Of a stretch of DNA of 32,000 bases, positions 21,900 through 29,594 are shown piece by piece. The stretch covers positions 3,050-35,049 of the forward strand of contig DASQNT010000467.1 of assembly GCA_035644855.1 (NCBI GenBank). The letters are read 5' to 3'. The translations under genes were made by a program, and so were the position numbers. The DNA is from Polyangiaceae bacterium (GTDB taxonomy: Bacteria; Myxococcota_A; Polyangia; Polyangiales; Polyangiaceae). The stretch's first letter is position 1. Each line of letters starts with the position of its first letter. The notes under the pieces are model-generated. The model searched no databases and was not told the DNA's origin. It worked only from the letters and a program-made list of their open reading frames with translations.

Positions 21900-21911
21900 G
21901 TTCACGAGAAC

Positions 21912-21985
21912 GTCCTCATATCAGCTAGCGGTCAGGCGGTCGGCCTTTCAATCCGACGACGCGGGTTCGATTCCCGCTGAGGACA
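21912..21985 (+). tRNA. tRNA-Glu(UUC)
   Basis: Acceptor GUCCUCA/UGAGGAC. Anticodon loop CUUUCAA with stem UCGGC/UCCGA (terminal mismatch). T-arm GCGGG-UUCGAUU-CCCGC. A73 followed by CC. Confidence 0.75.
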
Positions 21986-22009
21986 CCGGAGCGCGCAGGA
22001 ATGCGTCAC

Positions 22010-22044
22010 GCGCGGCTCGCCCCTCCCTACCGGGCGACCCGCGC
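22010..22044 (+). other. Imperfect GC-rich inverted repeat between tRNA genes
   Basis: GCGCGG-C-UCGCC (22010-21) pairs with GGCGA-C-CCGCGC (22033-44), 11 bp with one C/C mismatch and an 11-nt loop. Confidence 0.4.
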
Positions 22045-22068
22045 GCCGCGTCTGGGGCGCTCTCCTAT

Positions 22069-22157
22069 GGAAGCTGAATCGGCAGAGGTGCCGAGCCCGG
22101 CCGCTAACCGGTGCGTGCCCTCACGGGCATGGTGTTCGACTCATCCGGCTTCCGCCA
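22069..22157 (+). tRNA. tRNA-Ser(GCU), type II, C33 variant
   Basis: Acceptor GGAAGCU/GGCUUCC, G73 plus CCA encoded. Anticodon stem CCGG/CCGG with loop CCGCUAA. Variable arm UGCCC-UCAC-GGGCA. T-loop UUCGACU. Confidence 0.7.
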
Positions 22158-22163
22158 ACAACC

Positions 22164-22235
22164 GCCGCCGTAGCTCAATCGGCAGAGCTCCTGTCTTGTA
22201 AACAGGCGACACCGGTTCGAGCCCGGTCGGCGGCT
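22164..22235 (+). tRNA. tRNA-Thr(UGU)
   Basis: Acceptor GCCGCCG/CGGCGGC. D-arm GCUC-AAUCGGCA-GAGC. Anticodon arm CCUGU-CUUGUAA-ACAGG. T-arm ACCGG-UUCGAGC-CCGGU. Confidence 0.9.
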
Positions 22236-22268
22236 CCCCGCCCCCCTCCCTTCATCCAGATTGACCGC

Positions 22269-22342
22269 TCGGGGATCGTCTAATGGCAGGACAGGAGCCT
22301 TTGAAGCTCCCAGTCGTGGTTCGAGCCCACGTCCCCGAACCA
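22269..22342 (+). tRNA. tRNA-Gln(UUG)
   Basis: Acceptor UCGGGGA/UCCCCGA (U1-A72). D-arm GUCU-AAUGGCA-GGAC. Anticodon arm GGAGC-CUUUGAA-GCUCC. T-arm CGUGG-UUCGAGC-CCACG. A73 plus CCA encoded. Confidence 0.85.
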
Positions 22343-22486
22343 ATTCAGTCCATGCACGATGGCCGCGCACAGGAACGCTATCGGCAGGTGAGCCGAGCCG
22401 CGCTCGGGAGAGCTTTCAAGCTCCGCGGCCTTTCCGTATCATGCCGCTCCCGATCACGCCCCAGGGCATCACCACGAGGTGTTTTC

Positions 22487-24427
22487 ATGCGCTCGCTTAT
22501 CTCAACCCTGCTCCTTGGCTCGCTCGCGCTCGGCGGCTGCACCGACGATGAATTCAAGGTGACGGAGAGCTCGACCGGCGCCTCGTCCAGCGGCTCGTCC
22601 GGGACCTCGAGCAGCGGCTCGTCGAGCAGCTCGGGCGGCGGTGAGGACGGAGGTCCTCCGCCGATCACGCCTCCCCCGGCCACGTTCGTCCCCACCGCCG
22701 TCGGGACCAAGGGCGCGGCGGCCACGGTCGATCAGCGCGGCACCTGGGCCGCGATTGAGACGCTCAAGGCCGGCGGAAACGCGGTCGACGCCGCCGTCGC
22801 CGCGGCGAGCACGCTGGGCGTCACCGATCCCTTCTCGTGCGGCATCGGCGGCGGCGGCTTTATGCTCGTCTACATCGCCGCCACGGGGCAGGTCGTCGCC
22901 ATTGATCACCGCGAGACGGTCCCGCTCGGGATGGATCACACGGCCTTTTACGAGAAGGGCGCGGCCCTCACGTTCGCCGACCTCCTGACGAGCGGCCTCT
23001 CGGTCGGCGTCCCGGGCACCGTCCGGGGCTGGGACGAGGCGCTCCGCCGCTACGGATCGCTCGGCTGGAAGGACGTGCTCAAATACGCGGCCTACGTCGC
23101 CGAGCAGGGCTTCGAGGTCGACAAGACGTTCTTCGATCAGACCACGAGGAACCTCAATCGCTTCCGCGAAATCGAGAGCACGGCGAAGCTCTTCCTGACG
23201 GGCGAGGGCGAGCCCCTCCCCGTCGGCACGCTCCTCAAGAACCCCGACCTCGCCGCCGTCTACAACCAGATCGGCGACGAGGGCGCGAAGGCGTTCTACG
23301 AGGGGGCTATCGCGCAGGCCATCGTGAACACGGTGAAGACGCCCCCCGTCGTCGCGGGCTCCCCGCTCAATGTGAGGCCGGGGTTCATGGAGCTCTCGGA
23401 TCTCGCGCTCTACGAGGCACGGATAAGGACTCCCGTCAAGAGCGACTACCGCGGGTATACGGTCTACGGCGTCCCGCTCCCCACGAGCGGCGGCCTCACA
23501 ATAGCGCTCGCGCTCAATCTCCTCTCCGGGTTCGATCCGGGCACGACGGACAAGGCCGGCTGGCTTCACCGCTACATCGAGGCCTCGCGCCTCGCGTACG
23601 CCGATCGAAATACCTATATGGGCGATCCCGCCTTCGTCTCCGTCCCCGACAAGGGGCTCATCTCCATGGCGTACGCCGACGCTCGCCGCCCGCTCATCGA
23701 CCTCGCGAAGGCCTCGAACAAGGCCGCGAACCCGGGCGATCCCTTCATGTTTCAGGACGACCAGAGCGGCAAGCTCTGGTCGCCGAGCCCGTCGTCGTTT
23801 GTGGACGTGCACATGAAAGACGAGCTCGACACGGAGACGACCCACATCACCGTCTCCGACGAGCAGGGCAATGTCGTCTCGTACACGTGCACCATTGAAT
23901 ACGAGGGCGGAAACGGGATGGTCGTCCCCGGCCACGGCTTCCTCCTCAATAACGAGCTCACCGATTTCAATGTCCCGGCGAACCCCGCCACCGTTCACCC
24001 GAACGTCCTCGAGCCCGGAAAGCGGCCGAGGAGCAGCATGTCGCCCACGATCGTGTTCAAGGACGGCAAGCCCGCATTGGCCCTCGGAACGCCCGGCGGC
24101 GCGACGATCATCACGACCGTCCTCCAGATCCTCGTGAACCACATCGATCTCGGGATGCCCATCGACGAGGCCATCGCCGCCGCGCGCGTCTCGCAGCGGA
24201 ACTCGCCCGACGCGACGAGCGGCGCCGAGCCGGCCTTCATCATGGGCCCCGACGCCGCGGCCCTGCAGGCCCTCGGGCACCTCTTCTCGGACATGGGGAT
24301 CATCGATGGAGCCATCGGGGCGGCCACAGCGATCAAGTTCAACGACGACGGGACGCTCACGGCCGCGGCCGAGCCGGTCCGGCGGGGCGGCGGAAGCGCG
24401 ATGGTGGTCGTCAGTAGCGAGAAATAG
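22487..24427 (+). CDS. ggt: Gamma-glutamyltransferase (lipoprotein precursor)
   Basis: The internal ATG at 22487 (GAGG 8 nt upstream) gives the lipoprotein signal MRSLISTLLLGSLALGGC. The GGT family signature includes the autoprocessing site ETTHITVSDEQGNVVSYTCTIE and GGATIITTVLQ. The upstream part of ORF 22283.. overlaps tRNA-Gln and is rejected. Confidence 0.9.
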   Translation: MRSLISTLLLGSLALGGCTDDEFKVTESSTGASSSGSSGTSSSGSSSSSGGGEDGGPPPITPPPATFVPTAVGTKGAAATVDQRGTWAAIETLKAGGNAVDAAVAAASTLGVTDPFSCGIGGGGFMLVYIAATGQVVAIDHRETVPLGMDHTAFYEKGAALTFADLLTSGLSVGVPGTVRGWDEALRRYGSLGWKDVLKYAAYVAEQGFEVDKTFFDQTTRNLNRFREIESTAKLFLTGEGEPLPVGTLLKNPDLAAVYNQIGDEGAKAFYEGAIAQAIVNTVKTPPVVAGSPLNVRPGFMELSDLALYEARIRTPVKSDYRGYTVYGVPLPTSGGLTIALALNLLSGFDPGTTDKAGWLHRYIEASRLAYADRNTYMGDPAFVSVPDKGLISMAYADARRPLIDLAKASNKAANPGDPFMFQDDQSGKLWSPSPSSFVDVHMKDELDTETTHITVSDEQGNVVSYTCTIEYEGGNGMVVPGHGFLLNNELTDFNVPANPATVHPNVLEPGKRPRSSMSPTIVFKDGKPALALGTPGGATIITTVLQILVNHIDLGMPIDEAIAAARVSQRNSPDATSGAEPAFIMGPDAAALQALGHLFSDMGIIDGAIGAATAIKFNDDGTLTAAAEPVRRGGGSAMVVVSSEK

Positions 24428-24435
24428 GCCTTAAT

Positions 24436-25392
24436 ATGAGCAACGAGTTTCGCGAGCTCCCGTCGCACTCGGCCGAATACTTCGGCGACACGCGCGACTA
24501 TTGGTGGAACCCCGACTTCATCGAGCTCATGGCAAAGAGGTGGGAGCTCCATCAGGCTCGCGAAGTGCTCGATGTCGGCTGCGGCGTCGGCCACTGGGGC
24601 CGCCTCCTCGCGCGCGTCCTGCCCTCGGGCGCGCGCGTGACGGGGGTCGATCGGGATCCGCTCTGGGTCGAGCGGGCGACCGAGCGCGCCGCAGCCGAGG
24701 GCCTGCCCTTCCGCTATGAGGTCGCGGCCGTCGAGCGGCTGCCGTTCGAGGACAATACGTTCGATCTCGTGACGTGCCAGACGGTCTTGATTCACGTCCC
24801 GGATCGGAGGGCGGCGCTCGCCGAGATGATCCGCGTCGCGAAGCCCGGCGGGCTTATCGCCGTGGCCGAGCCGAACAACGCGGCGAGCACGCTCGTGCTC
24901 GATGAGGCGGCGGCTGGCGCGCCGATCGACGAAATCACCGGCCTTGTCCGGTTTCAGCTCGTGTGCGAGCGGGGCAAGGCGGCGCTCGGTGAAGGGAATA
25001 ACTCGGCCGGCGAGCTCATGCCCGGCCTCTTCGCCGCGAGCGGCCTCGCCGATATCCGCGTCTACTTGAACGACAGGGCGAGCCCCATGATCCCGCCCTA
25101 CGGCGCGCCCAATCAGCGGGCCATCGCCGACGAGATGATCGATTTCGCGAGCCGCGATTTCTGGTGCTGGAGCCGCGAGGATACACAGCGCTATTTCTTG
25201 GCGGGGGGCGGCCAGGACGTCGAGTTTGATCCGCTCTGGGAGCTCGCGATGGCCGCGGCGCGGCGCTCCGCCGAGGCGATCGGCCGCGGGACGTACTCGC
25301 TCGCGGGCGGCGCCATTTGCTACCTCGTCTCAGGCAGAAAGCCTCCCGCCGAGGGCGCTTCCACGCCGAGAGCTTTGTCCCAGCCGACGTGA
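24436..25392 (+). CDS. Class I SAM-dependent methyltransferase
   Basis: Motif I VLDVGCGVGHWG, an acidic post-I residue (VTGVDRD) and motif II/III FDLVTCQTVLIHVPD...KPGGLIAV. Confidence 0.85.
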   Translation: MSNEFRELPSHSAEYFGDTRDYWWNPDFIELMAKRWELHQAREVLDVGCGVGHWGRLLARVLPSGARVTGVDRDPLWVERATERAAAEGLPFRYEVAAVERLPFEDNTFDLVTCQTVLIHVPDRRAALAEMIRVAKPGGLIAVAEPNNAASTLVLDEAAAGAPIDEITGLVRFQLVCERGKAALGEGNNSAGELMPGLFAASGLADIRVYLNDRASPMIPPYGAPNQRAIADEMIDFASRDFWCWSREDTQRYFLAGGGQDVEFDPLWELAMAAARRSAEAIGRGTYSLAGGAICYLVSGRKPPAEGASTPRALSQPT

Positions 25393-25534
25393 AGACAGCC
25401 CTCGAGGCGCGCGCCCCGGGGAAGACCAGCGAGCCCTGCGCGGCGAGCTCAGCCCATAGCGACAATAAATCGCATATGAGGCCATGTCGTCGAGGTATCG
25501 CTCAGAGCCTGGCTTTGATAGGTAAAGCACATCT

Positions 25535-26710
25535 ATGTCGAACACCGACCGGCTCAGGAAGGTCATTGCCGCATGCGATCCGAGCCAGCCTGTGCCGCGC
25601 GATCTCTACGTCGAGCGGCCTTCTCCGCTCGCCCGAAGGCTCCGCGACGAGATCGCCCACGCTCCGTCGGCGCGCGTGCTCCTCGTGGGCCCGCCGGGCG
25701 TCGGTAAATCGACCGAGCTCATCCGTTTTCAGCAGGAAGCCAGCGACGCCTATATCGTGGTCCGGCCGCCGCTCGATACGCACCTCGACCTGACCATCGT
25801 GAGCTGGCACGACCTGCTCATCTTCACGGTCCTCTGGGCGGGCGATCAGCTCGGGCTCTCGCAGACGAAGGAGCTCCACGAACTGACCGACATGCTCCGA
25901 GCCCCCGAGCCGCGGACGGCGGGCTTTATCGAGGGCGGCATGCCGCTGCCCACGCCCGCGCAGCGCTTCCGGAACGATCACGCGAAGGTGCAGAAGATGA
26001 TCTCCATCGGCCCCGCGCAGTGCTGGGACGTCGCCGCGGCGGCGCTCGCGCGGATCGAGCAGGCCGCGGGCAAGCCTTTGATCATGCTCCTCGACGGCCT
26101 TGAGAAGATGGGGCCGGACGGCGCGAAGCAGCTCTATTACCACGACGGCCGCTACCTCCGGCAGTTCCCCTGCCGCGTGGTCGTGACGGCGCCGCTCGCA
26201 ATGAGCTTCGAGCCCTACTTCGGCGATATCGAGGAGAGCTTCTTCATGGTCGAGCGCCTCCGCGCGTCGGCGACGACCGAGGGGCAGCCCGGCTTTGAGT
26301 ACTTCCGGGAGATCGCGCGGCGCCGAGGGGCCGACGAGGTGATGAGCGCCGACGTGCTGAGGGAGGCGATCTCGTGGGGAGGCGGGCTCCCGAGGCAGTT
26401 CTTGCAGCTCCTCGCGACGGCCACGACGCAGGCGCTCATTGACCGTCACACCGAGGTGGACGCGGAGGCGCTCACGCGGGCGAGGCTCCGCGTGACGGAG
26501 CGGTGGCAATACCAGCTCGAGCCGAAGGACATGATGTCGCTCGGGCTCCCCGACACGAAGCGGGAGCGAGGCGACCGGGCGAGGCTCCTCCGCCTGGGCG
26601 CGCTGGTGGAGTACGATATGCCGGATGGGACGCTCAAATTAGACCCCAATCCGCTCGTGGCGGCGCTCCTCGAGCGCCGGATCCACGACGAGCTCCGGGG
26701 CAGAGGATAA
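25535..26710 (+). CDS. P-loop NTPase (AAA/STAND-like), function unknown
   Basis: Walker A LLVGPPGVGKST. Candidate Walker B LIMLLDGLEK. 391 aa with balanced composition. The antisense ORF 25502..26509 is Arg-rich shadow. Confidence 0.7.
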   Translation: MSNTDRLRKVIAACDPSQPVPRDLYVERPSPLARRLRDEIAHAPSARVLLVGPPGVGKSTELIRFQQEASDAYIVVRPPLDTHLDLTIVSWHDLLIFTVLWAGDQLGLSQTKELHELTDMLRAPEPRTAGFIEGGMPLPTPAQRFRNDHAKVQKMISIGPAQCWDVAAAALARIEQAAGKPLIMLLDGLEKMGPDGAKQLYYHDGRYLRQFPCRVVVTAPLAMSFEPYFGDIEESFFMVERLRASATTEGQPGFEYFREIARRRGADEVMSADVLREAISWGGGLPRQFLQLLATATTQALIDRHTEVDAEALTRARLRVTERWQYQLEPKDMMSLGLPDTKRERGDRARLLRLGALVEYDMPDGTLKLDPNPLVAALLERRIHDELRGRG

Positions 26711-26773
26711 TCAGGGTTCATTTCGTGGGAAGGGGGCTCACGGGATCGGAGCCCCACGGCGGGATTGGCGGGT

Positions 26774-27802
26774 TCAGGCGTGGTTCGGGCGATGGCTGCC
26801 GGGCAGGGGCGTGATCCGGAAGCGCTTCTCTTCGCGATCGCGCGGGGGCTTGGAGGTGCGCGTCTCGTCGTCGCCCTTCTTCGCGTCCTGCCTCGCCTTG
26901 ATCCGGGCGAAATGCTCGGGCGTATACATCGCCTTTTCGGTCGGCTCGATATGGGCGCCGTACCGCTCGGCGTAGACCTGCGTGAACTCCGCGCCGAGGA
27001 GCAGGATCTGCGTCGAATAATAGACCCAGAGCAGGAGCACGGCGACCGAGCCCGCGGCCCCGTAGCCCGACGTGACCGAGCTCGAGCCGATATAGAAGCC
27101 GAGCAGGAACTTGCCCAGCGTGAAGAGCACGCTCGTCACGAAGGCGCCCACCCACACGTCGCGCCACGCGAGCTTCACGTCGGGGAGGAACTTGTACATC
27201 ATCGCGAACAGCACGGTCTGGATGCTGAGCGACAGGACGAGGTTCAGGATCTGCGCGAGGTAATAGAAGCCCGGCACGCGCTCGCCCATAAAGGTGCTGA
27301 ACGCGGTGAGGCCGGCGCTCATGGCGAGCGAGACGAGGAGCAGGAAGCCGATCCCGAGGAGCATCCCGAACGAGAGCACGCGGTCCCGGAGCATCCCCTT
27401 CACGCCGGCGCCCGGCTTGGGCTGCACTTCCCACACCGTGTTCAGCGCGCTCTGGAGCTCGACGAACGCCGTGGTCGCGCCGAGCAGGAACGTGAAGACA
27501 CCGGCGACGGTCGCGATGATGCCGTGCGAGGGCTTGCTCACGCTCTGGAGGAGCGACTCGACGAGCTTCGCCCCCTCCGGGCCGATGAGCCCCTGGAGCT
27601 GGGTGAAGATCTCGCCGCGCGCCGCCTCCTGGCCGAACACGAGGCCGGCGACAGCGATCGCGACCACCAGCATGGGCGCGAGAGAGAACAGGGTATAATA
27701 GGCGAGCGCCGCCCCGAGCCGGGGGACGTTATCGTCTATCCAGTCGTTGAACGTGTCCCTTGTGAGCTCCCACGCCGTCAGCAGTTTCTGCTTTATCACC
27801 AT
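26774..27802 (-). CDS. YihY/BrkB-family inner-membrane protein
   Basis: Internal ATG at 27802 with GGAGGAAG 6 nt upstream. The N-terminus (FNDWIDDNVPRLGAALAYYTLFSLAPMLVV) is typical of the YihY/virulence factor BrkB family. Six hydrophobic segments. Charged C-terminal tail. Confidence 0.85.
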   Translation of the reverse strand: MVIKQKLLTAWELTRDTFNDWIDDNVPRLGAALAYYTLFSLAPMLVVAIAVAGLVFGQEAARGEIFTQLQGLIGPEGAKLVESLLQSVSKPSHGIIATVAGVFTFLLGATTAFVELQSALNTVWEVQPKPGAGVKGMLRDRVLSFGMLLGIGFLLLVSLAMSAGLTAFSTFMGERVPGFYYLAQILNLVLSLSIQTVLFAMMYKFLPDVKLAWRDVWVGAFVTSVLFTLGKFLLGFYIGSSSVTSGYGAAGSVAVLLLWVYYSTQILLLGAEFTQVYAERYGAHIEPTEKAMYTPEHFARIKARQDAKKGDDETRTSKPPRDREEKRFRITPLPGSHRPNHA

Positions 27803-28158
27803 CGACCGCTTCCTCCATTCAAGATCATCACGCTGGGGCCGGCATTTTCGCCACGTCGCATTCCTGCCACGCGGCCCGAAAGCTCGCCGAAACTGCCTCC
27901 CGCGTTGAAAGATCAAAGCCTGCTCGCTCGGCGGCCGGCGATACCGGCCCCGGGCTCGTGAATCTCCTTGTGCGAAACAGATCTATGCAGGTTTTTTGCC
28001 AAGGGCATCGGGCCGCGCCACGCACGTCAAAGGGCAAGCCCCGGGGTTTGGGGAGCCGCCGAGCTCGCCGGTCCGATCCGGGCCGAGCACGCGACGCTGC
28101 GACCGGGAAGAGCACAGGAATGGGGAGCGTATTCGATCGGCCGTGCTACCCTCCGGGT

Positions 28159-28725
28159 ATGCGGCTCAGCTCGCTGCTGGTCATCGCCCTCCTCGCCACA
28201 ACCGGGTGCCGAACGACGCCTCAGGGCGGCGCGGCCTACCCTGGTGCGCCGGTCGAGAGCGCGGCCGAGAGCTCTGGCCCGACCGACGCGGCGCCGAGCG
28301 AGCCCGCGCCCGCGCCCGCTGAAGACGAGGCCAACCCCGAAGACGAGGGCAACTCCGAAGACGAGGCCAAGGCCGGTGAGGCGCCGAGCGGTGCACCGGC
28401 GCCGACGAGCGCGGAGGCGGCGAGCTCGGACGAGAGGCGAAGGCTCCTCGCAGGAATCCCGCTCTCGGCAATGGGCCTCGCGAGCGCCGGTATGGGCGGC
28501 TTTCTGGTCGGCTGGTCGCTGGGCACGTGCGATCCCGGTGAGACGAGCTGCCCGTCGCGCGTCGCGCTGCCCATCGTGGGCATGCTCTGCATCGCGGCCG
28601 GCGCCCTCCCCATGGCGTTCGGCGTCTCCCTCTGGGCACCGGCGGTGGTAAAGACCGGGCAGGCCTCCCCCTGGCCCCAGGTGATCGCCAGCCCGACGGC
28701 GGCTTCCGTGAAGTGGCGTTTTTAA
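28159..28725 (+). CDS. Putative lipoprotein / membrane protein with acidic low-complexity linker
   Basis: ATG at 28159 gives MRLSSLLVIALLATTGC (lipobox-like). This is followed by an Ala/Pro/Glu-rich linker and two C-terminal hydrophobic segments. The upstream part of ORF 27958.. is Arg-rich and rejected. Confidence 0.5.
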   Translation: MRLSSLLVIALLATTGCRTTPQGGAAYPGAPVESAAESSGPTDAAPSEPAPAPAEDEANPEDEGNSEDEAKAGEAPSGAPAPTSAEAASSDERRRLLAGIPLSAMGLASAGMGGFLVGWSLGTCDPGETSCPSRVALPIVGMLCIAAGALPMAFGVSLWAPAVVKTGQASPWPQVIASPTAASVKWRF

Positions 28726-28827
28726 CAGAGCGTGAAATCGGCGCTCTGCGCGGGCGTGTCGATCACGTAGAGCGTCGAGCCGGCCCGGCCGCCGTGCTAG
28801 GTTCGCCGGCGCCGGAGGCGACGATCC

Positions 28828-29532
28828 ATGGCCAGAGAATCCGACCGAACCTGGGAGATTTACGACGCCGACATCCCCTTCGCGGGCGCGGTCTACGGCC
28901 CGCAGCGAGCGCGCATGGCGGTCATCGGGCTCGGCGGCGGGGCGCTCCTCGTCGTGAGCCCCGGGGTCCCCGTGAGCGACGCCAAATGGGAGCAGCTCGC
29001 CCGCTGGGGAACGCCGCGCTTCCTCCTCGCGCCGAACCGCTACCACAGCGCCGGGATCCGCGCGTGGAAAGAGCGCTTTCCCGCCGCCACCGTCGTCGCG
29101 CACCCGCGCGCCCACGAGCGCCTACGCAAAAAGGTTCCCGGGGTCGCGATCGAAGACCTCGCGCCCCTCGAGGCCGCGCTCCCCCAGAGCGTGAGGATCT
29201 TCAGCCCCCCCATGGCCAAGCAGGGCGAGACGTGGGTATCCGTGAAGACCAGGGACGGCGCGGCCTGGTTCGTGACCGACGGCATCGTCAACCAGGAGCG
29301 GCTCCCGCGGGGGCCGCTGGGCCTCTTCCTCCGGCTGGCCGGCTTCCGGACCAGGTTGATGGTCAACCCCTTCTTCAAGCGCCTCTTCCTCACCGACAAA
29401 GCGGCGTTCAAGGCGTGGGCGAGCGCCGAGCTCGAGAGCGATACGCCCGCTCTCTTTGTCCCCTCGCACGGCGCGCCGCTCCGCGGGTCGGACCTCCGCG
29501 CGCGCCTTCAAGCCGCGATCGACGAAGCGTGA
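28828..29532 (+). CDS. Hypothetical protein (possibly DUF4336 / metallo-beta-lactamase-fold-like)
   Basis: 234-aa ORF with globular composition. Pattern LLVVSPG ... FLLAPNRYHSAG ... VTDG ... FVPSHG resembles degenerate MBL-fold strand and motif spacing. The functional call is weak. Confidence 0.6.
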   Translation: MARESDRTWEIYDADIPFAGAVYGPQRARMAVIGLGGGALLVVSPGVPVSDAKWEQLARWGTPRFLLAPNRYHSAGIRAWKERFPAATVVAHPRAHERLRKKVPGVAIEDLAPLEAALPQSVRIFSPPMAKQGETWVSVKTRDGAAWFVTDGIVNQERLPRGPLGLFLRLAGFRTRLMVNPFFKRLFLTDKAAFKAWASAELESDTPALFVPSHGAPLRGSDLRARLQAAIDEA

Positions 29533-29594
29533 GCACGGCGTTCGAACGCGGCTCGATGCATGAAAAAGTCCGCCCGCCGTGGCGCCGGAATCGC

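Noticed and set aside
22283-22486. N-terminal extension of the ggt ORF (start at 22283).
   Set aside because: The extension overlaps tRNA-Gln(UUG) (22269-22342) and is Arg-rich. The ATG at 22487 has a GAGG RBS and yields a clean lipoprotein signal.
13615-22486. Classical integrative island or prophage inserted at a tRNA gene.
   Set aside because: The window contains no integrase, recombinase, capsid or terminase genes and no flanking direct repeat. The HNH gene alone is insufficient.
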